Assembly (NCBI GenBank): GCA_038045385.1
Contig: JBBSYE010000006.1
Span: 2,668 to 66,667 of the forward strand
Length of the DNA stretch: 64,000 nt
Origin: Nanobdellota archaeon
Lineage (GTDB): Archaea; Nanobdellota; Nanobdellia; Pacearchaeales; GW2011-AR1
Direction: 5' to 3'
A model generated the notes under the pieces. That model worked only from the letters and a program-made list of their open reading frames with translations, did not search any database and was not told where the DNA came from. Shown one piece after another: positions 36,514 to 46,108 of the stretch. A program made the position numbers and the translations under genes. Numbering within the stretch: the stretch's first letter is position 1; each line of letters starts with the position of its first letter.

Positions 36514-37230
36514 TCACTTATATCCAATCTCATCAAGAAAATTAAAAACCGCACGATGTAGCTCAGGATATACGACATCGGGAGGAGGTTCAGCAGAAAT
36601 TATAACTGCTTTTTCTTGACATCTCCTGCTATAATCATGATAGCCAGCACGAACTTTCTCAAAAAATTCTCTTCCTTTCTGTTCCATCCTATCAAGCAAC
36701 GGATTCAATCTAGTTTGAGCAATTTCAGGCGAGACATCAAAAATCGCAGTCAAATCAGGTCTTGTTCTTGATGTTGCCAAATCTTGAAGCTGCATAAAAT
36801 CTTCCCATTCAAATTTTCCTTTTTGAAATAAACCTCCAGCAGCCCCTTGATAAGCCCAAGTTGAAGGGTAAAATCTATCTGCCAATACAATCTCGTTCCT
36901 CTTAAGCGCCGGAATTATTCTCTGTCTAGTTAATTGCCCCCTAGAGGCGCTATAAAGAAGAAATTCTGCTTCAAGAGTCATTTCTGTGTGAATCGGATCA
37001 AGAAGAATATCCCTAATCCTCTCTCCTATCTCCGTTCCCCCTGGCTCTCTCACTTCCGTAACTTTTTTATCCGGGTATCTACTAGCTAAATCAACTAAAA
37101 GTTTTCTATATTGTGTGCTCTTTCCAGTTCCATCACATCCTTCAAGAACAACAAATGCTCCAGGATACTCATGTCCTCTTTTCATCTCGCCAAGTCGTTG
37201 AGACAAATTATAAATCTCACCTATACTCAA
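36514..37230 (-). CDS. tmk: thymidylate kinase
   Basis: VLEGCDGTGKST, REPGG, DRFYPSTWAYQG. Confidence 0.92.
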   Translation of the reverse strand: MSIGEIYNLSQRLGEMKRGHEYPGAFVVLEGCDGTGKSTQYRKLLVDLASRYPDKKVTEVREPGGTEIGERIRDILLDPIHTEMTLEAEFLLYSASRGQLTRQRIIPALKRNEIVLADRFYPSTWAYQGAAGGLFQKGKFEWEDFMQLQDLATSRTRPDLTAIFDVSPEIAQTRLNPLLDRMEQKGREFFEKVRAGYHDYSRRCQEKAVIISAEPPPDVVYPELHRAVFNFLDEIGYK

Positions 37231-37267
37231 AAATATATATCCACTTGCAAGGATGTTTAAATAAAAA

Positions 37268-37756
37268 CTAAGTTCGACGATAATAAGTTCTAAAAGAAAA
37301 ACCTATTTTTTTCTTTTCTCCAGTCATTTTCCAAAGACTCTCTTTTATTTCAGGGAAATGTCTATCTGCCTTATATTTTCCATCGACTAAAGTTATCTCA
37401 AGTCTATCAGCAATATCGATAGTTTGTTCATATAAATTCTGCCCCCCAATAATATAAGTCTCTCCAGCGTTTTCTGCTAGAGCCTTAGAAATAGCATTTC
37501 CCAAATTAGGAGATACAATAACCTCCTCTGGAAATCGCAAATCTTTATTTCTCGTAACCACTATGTTTATTCTTCCATCAAGTGGCTTTCCCAGACTAGC
37601 ATAAATAGAATCAAAAGTGCTCCTCCCCATAATCACTGGCTTTGCCATTGTCAAAGTTCTAAACATTTTCAAATCTTCAGGAATGTGCCAAGGAATTTTA
37701 CCTTCAAGCCCAATTCCTCTATTCTCATCCATTGCAGCTATAAGAACAAGCTTCAT
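37268..37756 (-). CDS. folA: dihydrofolate reductase
   Basis: IAAMDENRGIG...IPWHIPEDL...VIMGRST...IIGG. Confidence 0.93.
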   Translation of the reverse strand: MKLVLIAAMDENRGIGLEGKIPWHIPEDLKMFRTLTMAKPVIMGRSTFDSIYASLGKPLDGRINIVVTRNKDLRFPEEVIVSPNLGNAISKALAENAGETYIIGGQNLYEQTIDIADRLEITLVDGKYKADRHFPEIKESLWKMTGEKKKIGFSFRTYYRRT

Positions 37757-38814
37757 TATGCAGCCATGGCTCTTTTTATTGAAGGAAGGGGATTATAATC
37801 CTCTACCTTTATTTCATCAAATTTTAATTCTCTATAAGATTTAGAAGGCAAAATTAATTTAGGCAATTTTCTTGGCCCTCTAGCAAGTTGTTCAAGAATT
37901 CCAGTCACATGGTCTAGTCCTTCTTCTCCAAGCCTTTCCGCAGGAGCTCTTCCCACAATATTTTTTGCCAATTCTAAATAATCTTCAGGCTCATTCGCGC
38001 ATTTTATTTTATTCCTCAAATTACTAAATTCAGTCTGATAAAATTTCCCTCTTTCACCACGTCCGCAATAGAAATGAGCATCTCCAAGAGAATGAATAAA
38101 TCTTCCAGCTTTAAGCCCAGCTTCATTTGCGAGAATATGCGTCAATAAAGCATAACTAGCAACATTGAATGGAACACCAAGAAACATATCGCAAGAACGC
38201 TGATACATCGCACAATCAAGCTTTCCATCTAAAGTATTAAATTGAACAAATGAATGACAAGGAGGCAAAGCCATTTTATCAACTTCTGCAGGATTCCAGG
38301 CAGTCATAATTATTCTTCTTGAGTTAGGAGATTTTTGAAGCTGTTCAATCACTCTTTCAAGTTGGTCAATCTTCCCATCTGGAGTTTTCCAATTTCTCCA
38401 TTGCACTCCATAAACCTCTCCAAGAGTTCCGTGTTCTTCAGCAAAAGAATCATCATTCTTTATTTTATCGCTAAACTCTCCAAGTGCTTTATGCCAATCT
38501 CCAGAATACAATTCATATTTGCCCGTCTGTCCTGTTCTTTGCAAATAATATTGAAAAGCGTTTCTATCCCAAATATGAACTCCATCTTTAACAAGAGACT
38601 GAATATTAGATTCTCCGGCCATAAACCACAATAATTCTCTAGCAATACTTTTGAAAGGAATCTTCTTTGTAGTCATTAAAGGAAATCCTTCTGATAAATC
38701 ATACTCTGCCTGATATCCAAACCGAGAGATCGTATCAACTCCAGTCCTATTAGGCTTATATCCAGAACTATTACTTGAAAGAATAATCTTAGAATGTTCA
38801 AGATATTGTTCCAT
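37756..38814 (-). CDS. thyA: thymidylate synthase ThyA with a roughly 50-aa insertion
   Basis: YGVQWR, SRRII..AWNP, LPPCH, YQRSCDMFLGVPFN, GDAH. Confidence 0.93.
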   Translation of the reverse strand: MEQYLEHSKIILSSNSSGYKPNRTGVDTISRFGYQAEYDLSEGFPLMTTKKIPFKSIARELLWFMAGESNIQSLVKDGVHIWDRNAFQYYLQRTGQTGKYELYSGDWHKALGEFSDKIKNDDSFAEEHGTLGEVYGVQWRNWKTPDGKIDQLERVIEQLQKSPNSRRIIMTAWNPAEVDKMALPPCHSFVQFNTLDGKLDCAMYQRSCDMFLGVPFNVASYALLTHILANEAGLKAGRFIHSLGDAHFYCGRGERGKFYQTEFSNLRNKIKCANEPEDYLELAKNIVGRAPAERLGEEGLDHVTGILEQLARGPRKLPKLILPSKSYRELKFDEIKVEDYNPLPSIKRAMAA

Positions 38815-38866
38815 ATAAAATAAAAAATCAGACCTTTAAATATAAAACGCTACTAAATTATATACA

Positions 38867-39481
38867 TCAAACCAGATAGCGTTTTATCACAGGCCAGCTC
38901 ATCTGTGTCCAGCTCTCAACCTTATTTTCAGGATTAGCAAACAATTCTTCAACTTCTTGAGCAGTATAAAACTGCCCATGTGCCATCCCATCAGCAGGCT
39001 TAGCCTCTTCAGTCGTTTCAGCAATACCAACTATCCCAAGATGAACTTCACTGAATCTAGTTGAATCATCGTTAATATATCCAATAAATTTTGGCTCGGG
39101 AACACTAGCCATAACCAACTCCTCTTTCATCTCTCTAACTGCAGCATCCAAAATCAAATTCTCATTCTGCAAGTCCTCTTTATCAATATGCCCTCCAACT
39201 CCCCCAGAAAGCTTATTCAAATGCCTTTCTTCTTTGTAGCTACTTTTGCTTGGCGCACGTTTATAGATAAAAACTTTTTTCTCTTTAGAATTAATAAGCC
39301 AAATATAAGGCACTATCTGTAAGAATGTCGGATCATTCTCCAAACTATCATTTCTCTCTTTATACTCAAACTTGTCAAGAATTATATCAAAATAATTTTT
39401 ATAATGTAATGGTAAAAAACCCTGAAAAGCGTCATGCGGGAAGATATGCTCTCTTTTAACAACAAGAACTTCCGGCCCCAT
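38867..39481 (-). CDS. NUDIX-fold hydrolase (YmaB-like)
   Basis: GVGGHI...AAVREMKEEL; IGYINDD. Confidence 0.8.
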   Translation of the reverse strand: MGPEVLVVKREHIFPHDAFQGFLPLHYKNYFDIILDKFEYKERNDSLENDPTFLQIVPYIWLINSKEKKVFIYKRAPSKSSYKEERHLNKLSGGVGGHIDKEDLQNENLILDAAVREMKEELVMASVPEPKFIGYINDDSTRFSEVHLGIVGIAETTEEAKPADGMAHGQFYTAQEVEELFANPENKVESWTQMSWPVIKRYLV

Positions 39482-39789
39482 TATTCCTTCATCTCAATTT
39501 TAATTTGCACTGAGCGAGGAATCTTAAGCATCATAATAGGATGCAAAACTCTATCTTCAGCAGGCAAATCAATTATTCTCTTATGAACTCTCATTTCAAA
39601 TCTGTCAAAAGTAGCAGTTCCATTTCCACATGGGCTTTTTCTAGTAGTAACTTTCATTCTTCTTGTAGGTAATGGAATAGGCCCGTGCATCATCACCCCA
39701 GTCCTTGATGAAATATCTTTTATCATTCCCACTATGCTATTCAGTTGTGCTATGTCAACACTACTCAATCTTATTCTTACTACTCCCAT
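39481..39789 (-). CDS. rps10: 30S ribosomal protein S10
   Basis: GPIPLPTR...TRKSPCGNGTATFDRFEMRVHKRIID. Confidence 0.95.
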   Translation of the reverse strand: MGVVRIRLSSVDIAQLNSIVGMIKDISSRTGVMMHGPIPLPTRRMKVTTRKSPCGNGTATFDRFEMRVHKRIIDLPAEDRVLHPIMMLKIPRSVQIKIEMKE

Positions 39790-39831
39790 ATCGTCTTTAT
39801 CCTAAATCGGTTTTTAAAGCTTTCCAACATG

Positions 39832-40236
39832 CTAAATATAATCCCTATTCATTATAGCTTCAAGAGCTTCATAAGAAATAGCAGATATTTCCCATTTTTT
39901 CATAATAATATGTACGCGATTCATCCAATATTTATCAACAATCTCGCTCGCAGGCTCGCCAACTTTATCAAAATCAACTAAATAAATAGTTGCCCTTATT
40001 GGTTTTTTAGAAGTTGGAGAGGTGCCGATAACTTCATGATACCTCATAGCCCTATCAAAATCCGCAATAGTTCCAGGAAGCTCCTCGCTAAACTCTCTAG
40101 CTAAGCAATCTAAATCGCTCTCTCCTTCATTGCGCTTACCACCAGGCAATAATACTATTCCAGTCTTTTTTCTAACAAGTAAAACTTTCTTATCCTGCAA
40201 AAGAACACCATTAACAACCTCAATATACTCGCTCAT
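39832..40236 (-). CDS. NUDIX hydrolase
   Basis: LPGGKRNEGESDLDCLAREFSEEL. Confidence 0.85.
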   Translation of the reverse strand: MSEYIEVVNGVLLQDKKVLLVRKKTGIVLLPGGKRNEGESDLDCLAREFSEELPGTIADFDRAMRYHEVIGTSPTSKKPIRATIYLVDFDKVGEPASEIVDKYWMNRVHIIMKKWEISAISYEALEAIMNRDYI

Positions 40237-40288
40237 AGTTTTTCATATTTTAACTCTATAAAAACATTCTATCAATCAAGTATAATGA

Positions 40289-40350
40289 GTGGACCCTCCC
40301 ACGCCGCGTGGAAGGGCCCTTTCATCGTAGCTTAATACGATGAATATGAT
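40289..40350 (-). ncRNA. candidate two-hairpin small RNA; second hairpin resembles an alanine acceptor minihelix
   Basis: Minus strand TTCATCGTA-TTAAGC-TACGATGAA-A-GGGCCCTTCCACG-CGG-CGTGGGAGGGTCC-A; TTTAAAA TATA-like at 40378-40372; ends approximate. Confidence 0.55.
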
Positions 40351-40514
40351 TCAATTCTCAAGAGAAAGGCGTTTTAAACCTTTTCTAATAAAATGTATTG
40401 TTAAACGCAACTCAATCTAATCAATCCCATTCTCAAGCATAATTCAATCAAAAGTCCTTGTTTTTAAGCGTTGTGGAAGCTTATTTAAACACAAATCGCC
40501 AACAAAATAAAAAG

Positions 40515-42212
40515 ATGGCTTCACTATTAATCCAGCTAACAGCAATCATCAGCCTTGCAGCAATTATAGCCCTTCTAGGTCGCGCGATTAAGCAGCCCCC
40601 AATAATTGCCTATCTTATCGCAGGAGTTTTAATCGGGCCACTATTCTTGAATATTCTTTCAGACGGCGAGTCTATCTCTGCATTTGCACATATAGGAGTT
40701 GCATTTCTTCTTTTCATTGTCGGCTTGAGTCTAGATTTAAGAGTTCTAAAAGAAGTTGGAAAAATTTCTTTCTTAGCTGGTTTTGGTGCGCTAATTGCAG
40801 TTTCGGCAATAAGCTTCGTCATTCTTTTAGCAATGGGTTTTACTTACACGCCAGCGCTCTATCTTGCAGCAGCTCTAGCATTCTCATCAACTGTCGTTGT
40901 AGTCAAATTATTATCTGATAAAAAGGAAATTGATACTTTACATGGCAGAATAGCCTTAGGAATTCTAATAATAGAAGATTTCGTAGCAGCCATAGTCTTA
41001 ATGTTAGTTCCAGTTCTTGCAGGAAGCGCAAAATCTCTCATATTTCTTCAGCTAGGAAAAGCTATTCTTCTAATCCTAGCAGTATTTGCAATCGGCAGAT
41101 TCGTACTTCCATTTCTATTAAATCTAATAGCTAGAAATCAAGAAATTCTATTCTTATTCAGCATTGCTTGGGCATTAATAATAGCAATAACCTTCGAAAC
41201 TCTCGGTTTTAGTCTTGAGATTGGAGCTTTAATTGCCGGCATGTCTCTTGCACAATCAAAATTCGCATTAGAAATAAGCAGTAAAGTTAAAGGTGTTCGT
41301 GACTTCTTTGTCGTTCTCTTCTTCGTATACTTTGGCGCACAATTATCGGGTCCTATCACCTCAACTCTTTTAGGCCAAGCACTAATTTTCTCAGCCTTTA
41401 TTCTAGTTGGAAAGCCAATAATTGTAATGACATTCATGCGTCTAGTCGGCTACAAGAAAAGAATAAACTTTTTCACAGGGATAAGCCTAGCGCAGATAAG
41501 CGAGTTCTCTCTTGTCCTAGTTTTATTGGGCTACAATTTAGGACAAGTCCCACAATCCGCACTTTCTCTAATATTATTAGTAGCAATAATAACTATCGCC
41601 TTGAGTAGCTATAGCACCCACTACTCACATTCCATATTTGAAAAAATCTCAAAACTTATTAATGTATTTGATGGAAAGAAGCAATCAATAAGCAATTTCG
41701 ACAAAGAAGAAACATATGAAGTCGTTCTTTTTGGCTGTAATCGTATAGGCTACAACATTATGAAAGCAATCCAGAAGTCCGGAAAGAAATATATTATAGT
41801 TGACTACAATCCAAAAATAGTAATCGACCTTGCAAAACAAGGAATAAACTGTGCATATGGTGATGCAAATGATCGAGAGCTACTAGAAGATTTAAGAATG
41901 AGCGAGGCAAAAATAGTAATCTCAACAATTCCAGATTTAGGCATAAATTTGAAAATAAAAAGCCTCATATCATCAAGCGCAATATTCATTCCAACCTCTC
42001 ATTTCACTGCAGACACTGAAATCTTGTATAAAGAAGGCGCAGATTACGTCCTCATGCCCCATTTTCTAGGCGGAGAACACACGGCTCATTTGCTAACAAG
42101 CAATAAATTCTCAAAGTCAGGCATGCGTCAAGTCGGAGTTCAACATAGAAAAGAACTCAAAGCCCGCGATAACTTAGGCCATAAGCATCCGAGCAATGAA
42201 ACTAATAGCTAA
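40515..42212 (+). CDS. CPA2 cation:proton antiporter with a C-terminal TrkA-N/RCK domain (Kef-like)
   Basis: LFIVGLSLD, FSSTVVVVKLL, LIIEDF, FFVVLFF, QISEFS; LFGCNRIG; start reassigned to 40515. Confidence 0.9.
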   Translation: MASLLIQLTAIISLAAIIALLGRAIKQPPIIAYLIAGVLIGPLFLNILSDGESISAFAHIGVAFLLFIVGLSLDLRVLKEVGKISFLAGFGALIAVSAISFVILLAMGFTYTPALYLAAALAFSSTVVVVKLLSDKKEIDTLHGRIALGILIIEDFVAAIVLMLVPVLAGSAKSLIFLQLGKAILLILAVFAIGRFVLPFLLNLIARNQEILFLFSIAWALIIAITFETLGFSLEIGALIAGMSLAQSKFALEISSKVKGVRDFFVVLFFVYFGAQLSGPITSTLLGQALIFSAFILVGKPIIVMTFMRLVGYKKRINFFTGISLAQISEFSLVLVLLGYNLGQVPQSALSLILLVAIITIALSSYSTHYSHSIFEKISKLINVFDGKKQSISNFDKEETYEVVLFGCNRIGYNIMKAIQKSGKKYIIVDYNPKIVIDLAKQGINCAYGDANDRELLEDLRMSEAKIVISTIPDLGINLKIKSLISSSAIFIPTSHFTADTEILYKEGADYVLMPHFLGGEHTAHLLTSNKFSKSGMRQVGVQHRKELKARDNLGHKHPSNETNS

Positions 42213-42273
42213 ATAATATTTAAATATATCAATAGAAAACTATATAAACTAAATTAGATACGATTAAACTAAA

Positions 42274-42819
42274 GTGGAAACGTATAAACTAAAGTTTACA
42301 AGGCTACAGAATGAAATACTTAGACTTCTATGTATAAAAGTAGGTAGTTCAATAAATCAAAGTGAGATAGCCCGTGCTTTAAAGGTATCTTCTACTGCAA
42401 TAGCAAAATCACTCCCATTGCTTAAAAAAGAAAAACTTATTATCTATTCGCTCTCTCCACGTATGAATCTTACTTTTATTGAGCTTAATCGGGATAATCC
42501 ACAAGCTATATCGTTAAAAAGAATTGAGAACCTTAAGTTAATCTATGAGTCTGGAATAATAACCATTTTAGAAGAAATTTTTCCAGGAGCTACAATTATT
42601 CTTTTTGGAAGCTATAGCAAGGGGGAAGACACAACAGAATCAGATATAGATATTGCAATAGTTGCTGTCAAGGAAAAAGAAGTTAATCTTGAAAGATTAA
42701 GCAAACGGCTTGAGCGAGAAATTTCCCTTAATTTTTATGATTCTTTAAAAAAAATAGATAAGCATTTAAGAAACAATATTCTCAATGGAATTGTCTTAAC
42801 GGGGAGTGTCGACGTATGA
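42274..42819 (+). CDS. wHTH-MNT nucleotidyltransferase (antitoxin-like)
   Basis: N-terminal HTH; LFGSYSKGEDTTESDIDIA. Confidence 0.85.
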   Translation: METYKLKFTRLQNEILRLLCIKVGSSINQSEIARALKVSSTAIAKSLPLLKKEKLIIYSLSPRMNLTFIELNRDNPQAISLKRIENLKLIYESGIITILEEIFPGATIILFGSYSKGEDTTESDIDIAIVAVKEKEVNLERLSKRLEREISLNFYDSLKKIDKHLRNNILNGIVLTGSVDV

Positions 42820-43259
42820 TACAATCGCTAAAAACGTTCGAAGAATATGTTAAGAAAAAAACAGTCAGAAAACAATCTCCAGATATTCAGCGAGCCTCAT
42901 CATTAATAAAAGAATCAGATGAGAAAAGAGAACTCTTTCTGAAGATACTCAAAATACTGCCTAAAAACGAAATCAAACCAAATTTCATTATCGAGAATGT
43001 ATACGACATCTTAATAGAGTTGCTTAGGTCAAAACTGCTAAAAAACGGATTTAACGCAGGAAATTCTCACGAAGCAGAGGTTTCGTATATGCGCAATTTG
43101 AAATTCCCTGAAGAAGAAGTGCAATTTATGAACCAGCTAAGATATCATAGAAACGGCATAAAATATTACGGAAAGATATTTAACGAAGAATATGCAGTAA
43201 AGGTCCTTGAATTTCTTAAGTCAATTCAACCCAGACTAATAAAAATGCTTTCTTCATAA
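42816..43259 (+). CDS. HEPN-like partner of the MNT
   Basis: Coupled to the MNT; SHEA and RYHRNGIKY segments. Confidence 0.7.
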   Translation: MIQSLKTFEEYVKKKTVRKQSPDIQRASSLIKESDEKRELFLKILKILPKNEIKPNFIIENVYDILIELLRSKLLKNGFNAGNSHEAEVSYMRNLKFPEEEVQFMNQLRYHRNGIKYYGKIFNEEYAVKVLEFLKSIQPRLIKMLSS

Positions 43260-43308
43260 TGAGATAATCTCGAATAATCTTTAAATAGACTCCAACACAA
43301 TATAACTT

Positions 43309-44586
43309 ATGATAGACATTCGCCTTATCCGAGAAAGTCCAGAATTAGTAAAAGAAAATATAAAAAAGAAATTCCAAGATTCTAAAATAAAATTAGTTGA
43401 TGAAATAAAGAAAAAAGATGAATCTTGGCGCGAGTTAAAACAACAAACAGATGATTTAAGGGCAAGCAGAAATAAAATCTCAATCCAAGTTGGTGAAGCT
43501 AAAAAAGCAGGCAAGGATGCAAAAAAACTACTGGCTGAAGCAAAGAAGATTCCTTTTGAAATTGAAAAAATAGAATTTAAGTCAAACAAGCTAGAGCGAG
43601 AAATTAACGAGTTATTAATGCAAATCCCCAATATAATGCATCCCTCCGTCCCCACAGGAAAAGATGAAACTAAAAACCCTGAATTGCGTCGCTGGGGAAA
43701 AATTCCAAAGTTTGATTTTGAACTTAAAAACCACGCCGAATTAATAGAAAAGCTTGGACTTGTTGACTTTGACGCTGCACGTATAAATTCAGGAAATGGA
43801 TTTAATTATCTTATTGGTCATATGGCTCTTTTAGATCAAGCATTACAAAGATATGGGCTTGATTTCATAGTAAAGAAAGGTTTCACTCCAGTTGGCCCTC
43901 CAATAATGCTTAATTTCGAGACTCTATTGGGCGCACTAAATGGCTTAAAAGATTTTGAAGACGTAGTATACAAAGTTGAAAAAGAGGATCTTTATTTAAT
44001 CGGGACAGCAGAACACGCTCTTGTAGGCATGCTAAAGGGAAAGACAGTGCAAGGAAGCTCTCTACCTTTGAAATATTGTGCCCTGACGCCCTGCTTCAGA
44101 AAAGAAGTTGGAAGCCATAGTCTAGATACAAAGGGGTTATATCGAATGCATCAATTTAACAAAGTTGAACAAGTTGTTTTCAGCACACCAGAGAACTCGT
44201 TCGCACTGTTAGAAGAAATGCAAAAAATAACTGAAGATTTTTTCCAAAGTCTTAAAATTCCATATAGGGTTATTGAAATTTGTTCAGGAGATTTAGGGGC
44301 TAAATTTGCAAAGCAATATGATATAGAAGCTTGGTTCCCAAGACAAGAAAAATACGGCGAAGTAACCTCCGCAGGTAATTGCACAGATTTTCAAGCTCGC
44401 GCTTTAAATATAAAATACTGGGATAAAGGCGAGAGAAAATTACCTCATATTATTAATAATACTATGGTCGCAACCTCTCGGGCAATGGTCGCAATCCTAG
44501 AAAACTTTCAACAACACGATGGAAGCGTAAAAGTTCCAGAAGTTCTAGTTCCATATATGCATGGAATTAAATTTTTAGGCAAATGA
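43309..44586 (+). CDS. serS: serine--tRNA ligase
   Basis: N-terminal coiled coil, IPN..HPSVP.G, LIGTAE, FRKE, GLYRMHQFNKVE, NCTDFQAR. Confidence 0.95.
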   Translation: MIDIRLIRESPELVKENIKKKFQDSKIKLVDEIKKKDESWRELKQQTDDLRASRNKISIQVGEAKKAGKDAKKLLAEAKKIPFEIEKIEFKSNKLEREINELLMQIPNIMHPSVPTGKDETKNPELRRWGKIPKFDFELKNHAELIEKLGLVDFDAARINSGNGFNYLIGHMALLDQALQRYGLDFIVKKGFTPVGPPIMLNFETLLGALNGLKDFEDVVYKVEKEDLYLIGTAEHALVGMLKGKTVQGSSLPLKYCALTPCFRKEVGSHSLDTKGLYRMHQFNKVEQVVFSTPENSFALLEEMQKITEDFFQSLKIPYRVIEICSGDLGAKFAKQYDIEAWFPRQEKYGEVTSAGNCTDFQARALNIKYWDKGERKLPHIINNTMVATSRAMVAILENFQQHDGSVKVPEVLVPYMHGIKFLGK

Positions 44587-45083
44587 AACCTCCAAAGAGA
44601 ATAGTAACAAGAGTAATCATTCTTCTAGTAATTTTAATATTAGCAATAACCCTCTCTATTTACATAAAATTTTCAAATAAGCAAGTCCAAGAAATAATTC
44701 CAGAAGAAGTCTCAAATAGCAAAATAGAATCCTGTGAGTTAGATTCAGATTGCGGAATATTCACGACTTGTCAGCAATTTAGCTCATCAGAATCTGCACT
44801 TTACGCACCATGTAGCTATTTTGCCACAACCACGCCAAGATGCATAAACCAAGAGTGTATCTATAAAGATAAAAATAGTATCATAACTCGTTGCTTACCC
44901 TCATGTTTAAGCGATGAAATAATTCCAAAAGAATGTTCAACTCCAAGAGATTCAAGCGGACAGCAAAACTCCAACGCCGAATGTATCTCTCATCCAGAAT
45001 CTACCCTTGCCTGTCAAAGCCCAAAGTCATGTAATAACGTGTATAGCGGTAATTGCCGAGGAATTACTGCAGTTTGCGCATGA
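44583..45083 (+). CDS. membrane-anchored Cys-rich extracellular protein
   Basis: N-terminal TM; many Cys including CELDSDC. Confidence 0.7.
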   Translation: MKPPKRIVTRVIILLVILILAITLSIYIKFSNKQVQEIIPEEVSNSKIESCELDSDCGIFTTCQQFSSSESALYAPCSYFATTTPRCINQECIYKDKNSIITRCLPSCLSDEIIPKECSTPRDSSGQQNSNAECISHPESTLACQSPKSCNNVYSGNCRGITAVCA

Positions 45084-45093
45084 AAAAGATTAA

Positions 45094-45864
45094 CTAGAAA
45101 ATACGATTCGCAAGTAAAATCTTCAAATTAACTGGATATTGGACACCATCACGTCGCATCCAGGAATTATAAATCCCCTTAGAGTCATATTGAAATTCAA
45201 TAAGCGCAAAACTTTCGGGAGTCATTGGCCCGCCTATCTCACTAATATCTCGGACAGGATTATCCGGACGTGCGGAATTGACTGCCCCAACTAAAAGCGA
45301 TTCACAAATTCCCCCATGGCCTACAAGCACTCCAATATCCTTTCCAGATTTAAGGCGATTTAACGCCCTAGTTAAACAAGGAGATCTACTTCTAACCAAA
45401 TTATCAAAAGGAGTTATTTTAACGCCCTCAAGTTCTTGAGATTTTGAATTAGCTATCCAATTAGAAATATATTCTCCCTCTCCTTCTCTAAGCGCTTCAT
45501 CATTAAAAACTATATCGCTAAAATCAAGCCTTTTATCAACGCCTATAGCATTCCTTTCAATAGGAACACGATCAAGATCTTTTTGACATGCAGGAATTGG
45601 TTCATATCCGAATGCCCCAGCTATGCGAGCAATTCCAGTATATCTCGTGCGTTTTCTCGAGCTATGAGAAATAAAAAAGCGATTTCCCTCAAGCCCAACG
45701 TTACCTTCAGAATAATTCTTAAATGCTACTTTTGCTTGTTTGTATAAATTACCTATGCTCCAAGAACTAAGAGACTTATCTTCAACATCATCACCATTCT
45801 GCCTTTCAGTAAAACCCTGTCTTGTAATCATCAATATCTTCTCTACCATAAATAACTCGTTCAT
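45094..45864 (-). CDS. histidine-phosphatase-fold protein with RHG replaced by RQG
   Basis: ILMITRQG; HSSRKRTRYT; VLVGHGG. Confidence 0.65.
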   Translation of the reverse strand: MNELFMVEKILMITRQGFTERQNGDDVEDKSLSSWSIGNLYKQAKVAFKNYSEGNVGLEGNRFFISHSSRKRTRYTGIARIAGAFGYEPIPACQKDLDRVPIERNAIGVDKRLDFSDIVFNDEALREGEGEYISNWIANSKSQELEGVKITPFDNLVRSRSPCLTRALNRLKSGKDIGVLVGHGGICESLLVGAVNSARPDNPVRDISEIGGPMTPESFALIEFQYDSKGIYNSWMRRDGVQYPVNLKILLANRIF

Positions 45865-45946
45865 AATAGCTATTTAAATTCTCCGTTATGTAACTATTAT
45901 AAAAAGACAACATATAGCAAGCTTTAAATATCCATTCTAGAGATTA

Positions 45947-45961
45947 TGTATAATCTATACA
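45947..45961. promoter_or_regulatory. palindrome TGTATA-N3-TATACA abutting the start of the AbrB-like gene
   Basis: Read directly; lies between a TTTAAATA TATA-like box and ATG 45962. Confidence 0.4.
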
Positions 45962-46108
45962 ATGAAAGAAAAGAAGTTCATCATAACAAAAAAGATAGCC
46001 AAGCACGGTTCTCAATCAATAATTGTAGTGCCACGTCTAATTGAAGAGCATCTCAAACCAGGCACAATCGTACAACTCACGATAGAAGTTAAGGAGGAAT
46101 TAAAATGA
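45962..46108 (+). CDS. 48-aa AbrB/DUF2080-like DNA-binding protein
   Basis: MKEKKFIITKKIAKHGSQSIIVVPRLIEEHLKPGTIVQLTIEVKEELK*; ATGA overlap with the kinase; not in the ORF track. Confidence 0.75.
   Translation: MKEKKFIITKKIAKHGSQSIIVVPRLIEEHLKPGTIVQLTIEVKEELK

Noticed and set aside
40289-40350. Identification of the hairpin RNA as tmRNA, SRP RNA, RNase P RNA, 5S rRNA or a hammerhead/HDV ribozyme
   Set aside because: No T-arm or tag ORF, too short, and the diagnostic conserved motifs are absent; kept only as an unclassified candidate. A simple terminator is also less likely given the upstream TATA-like box
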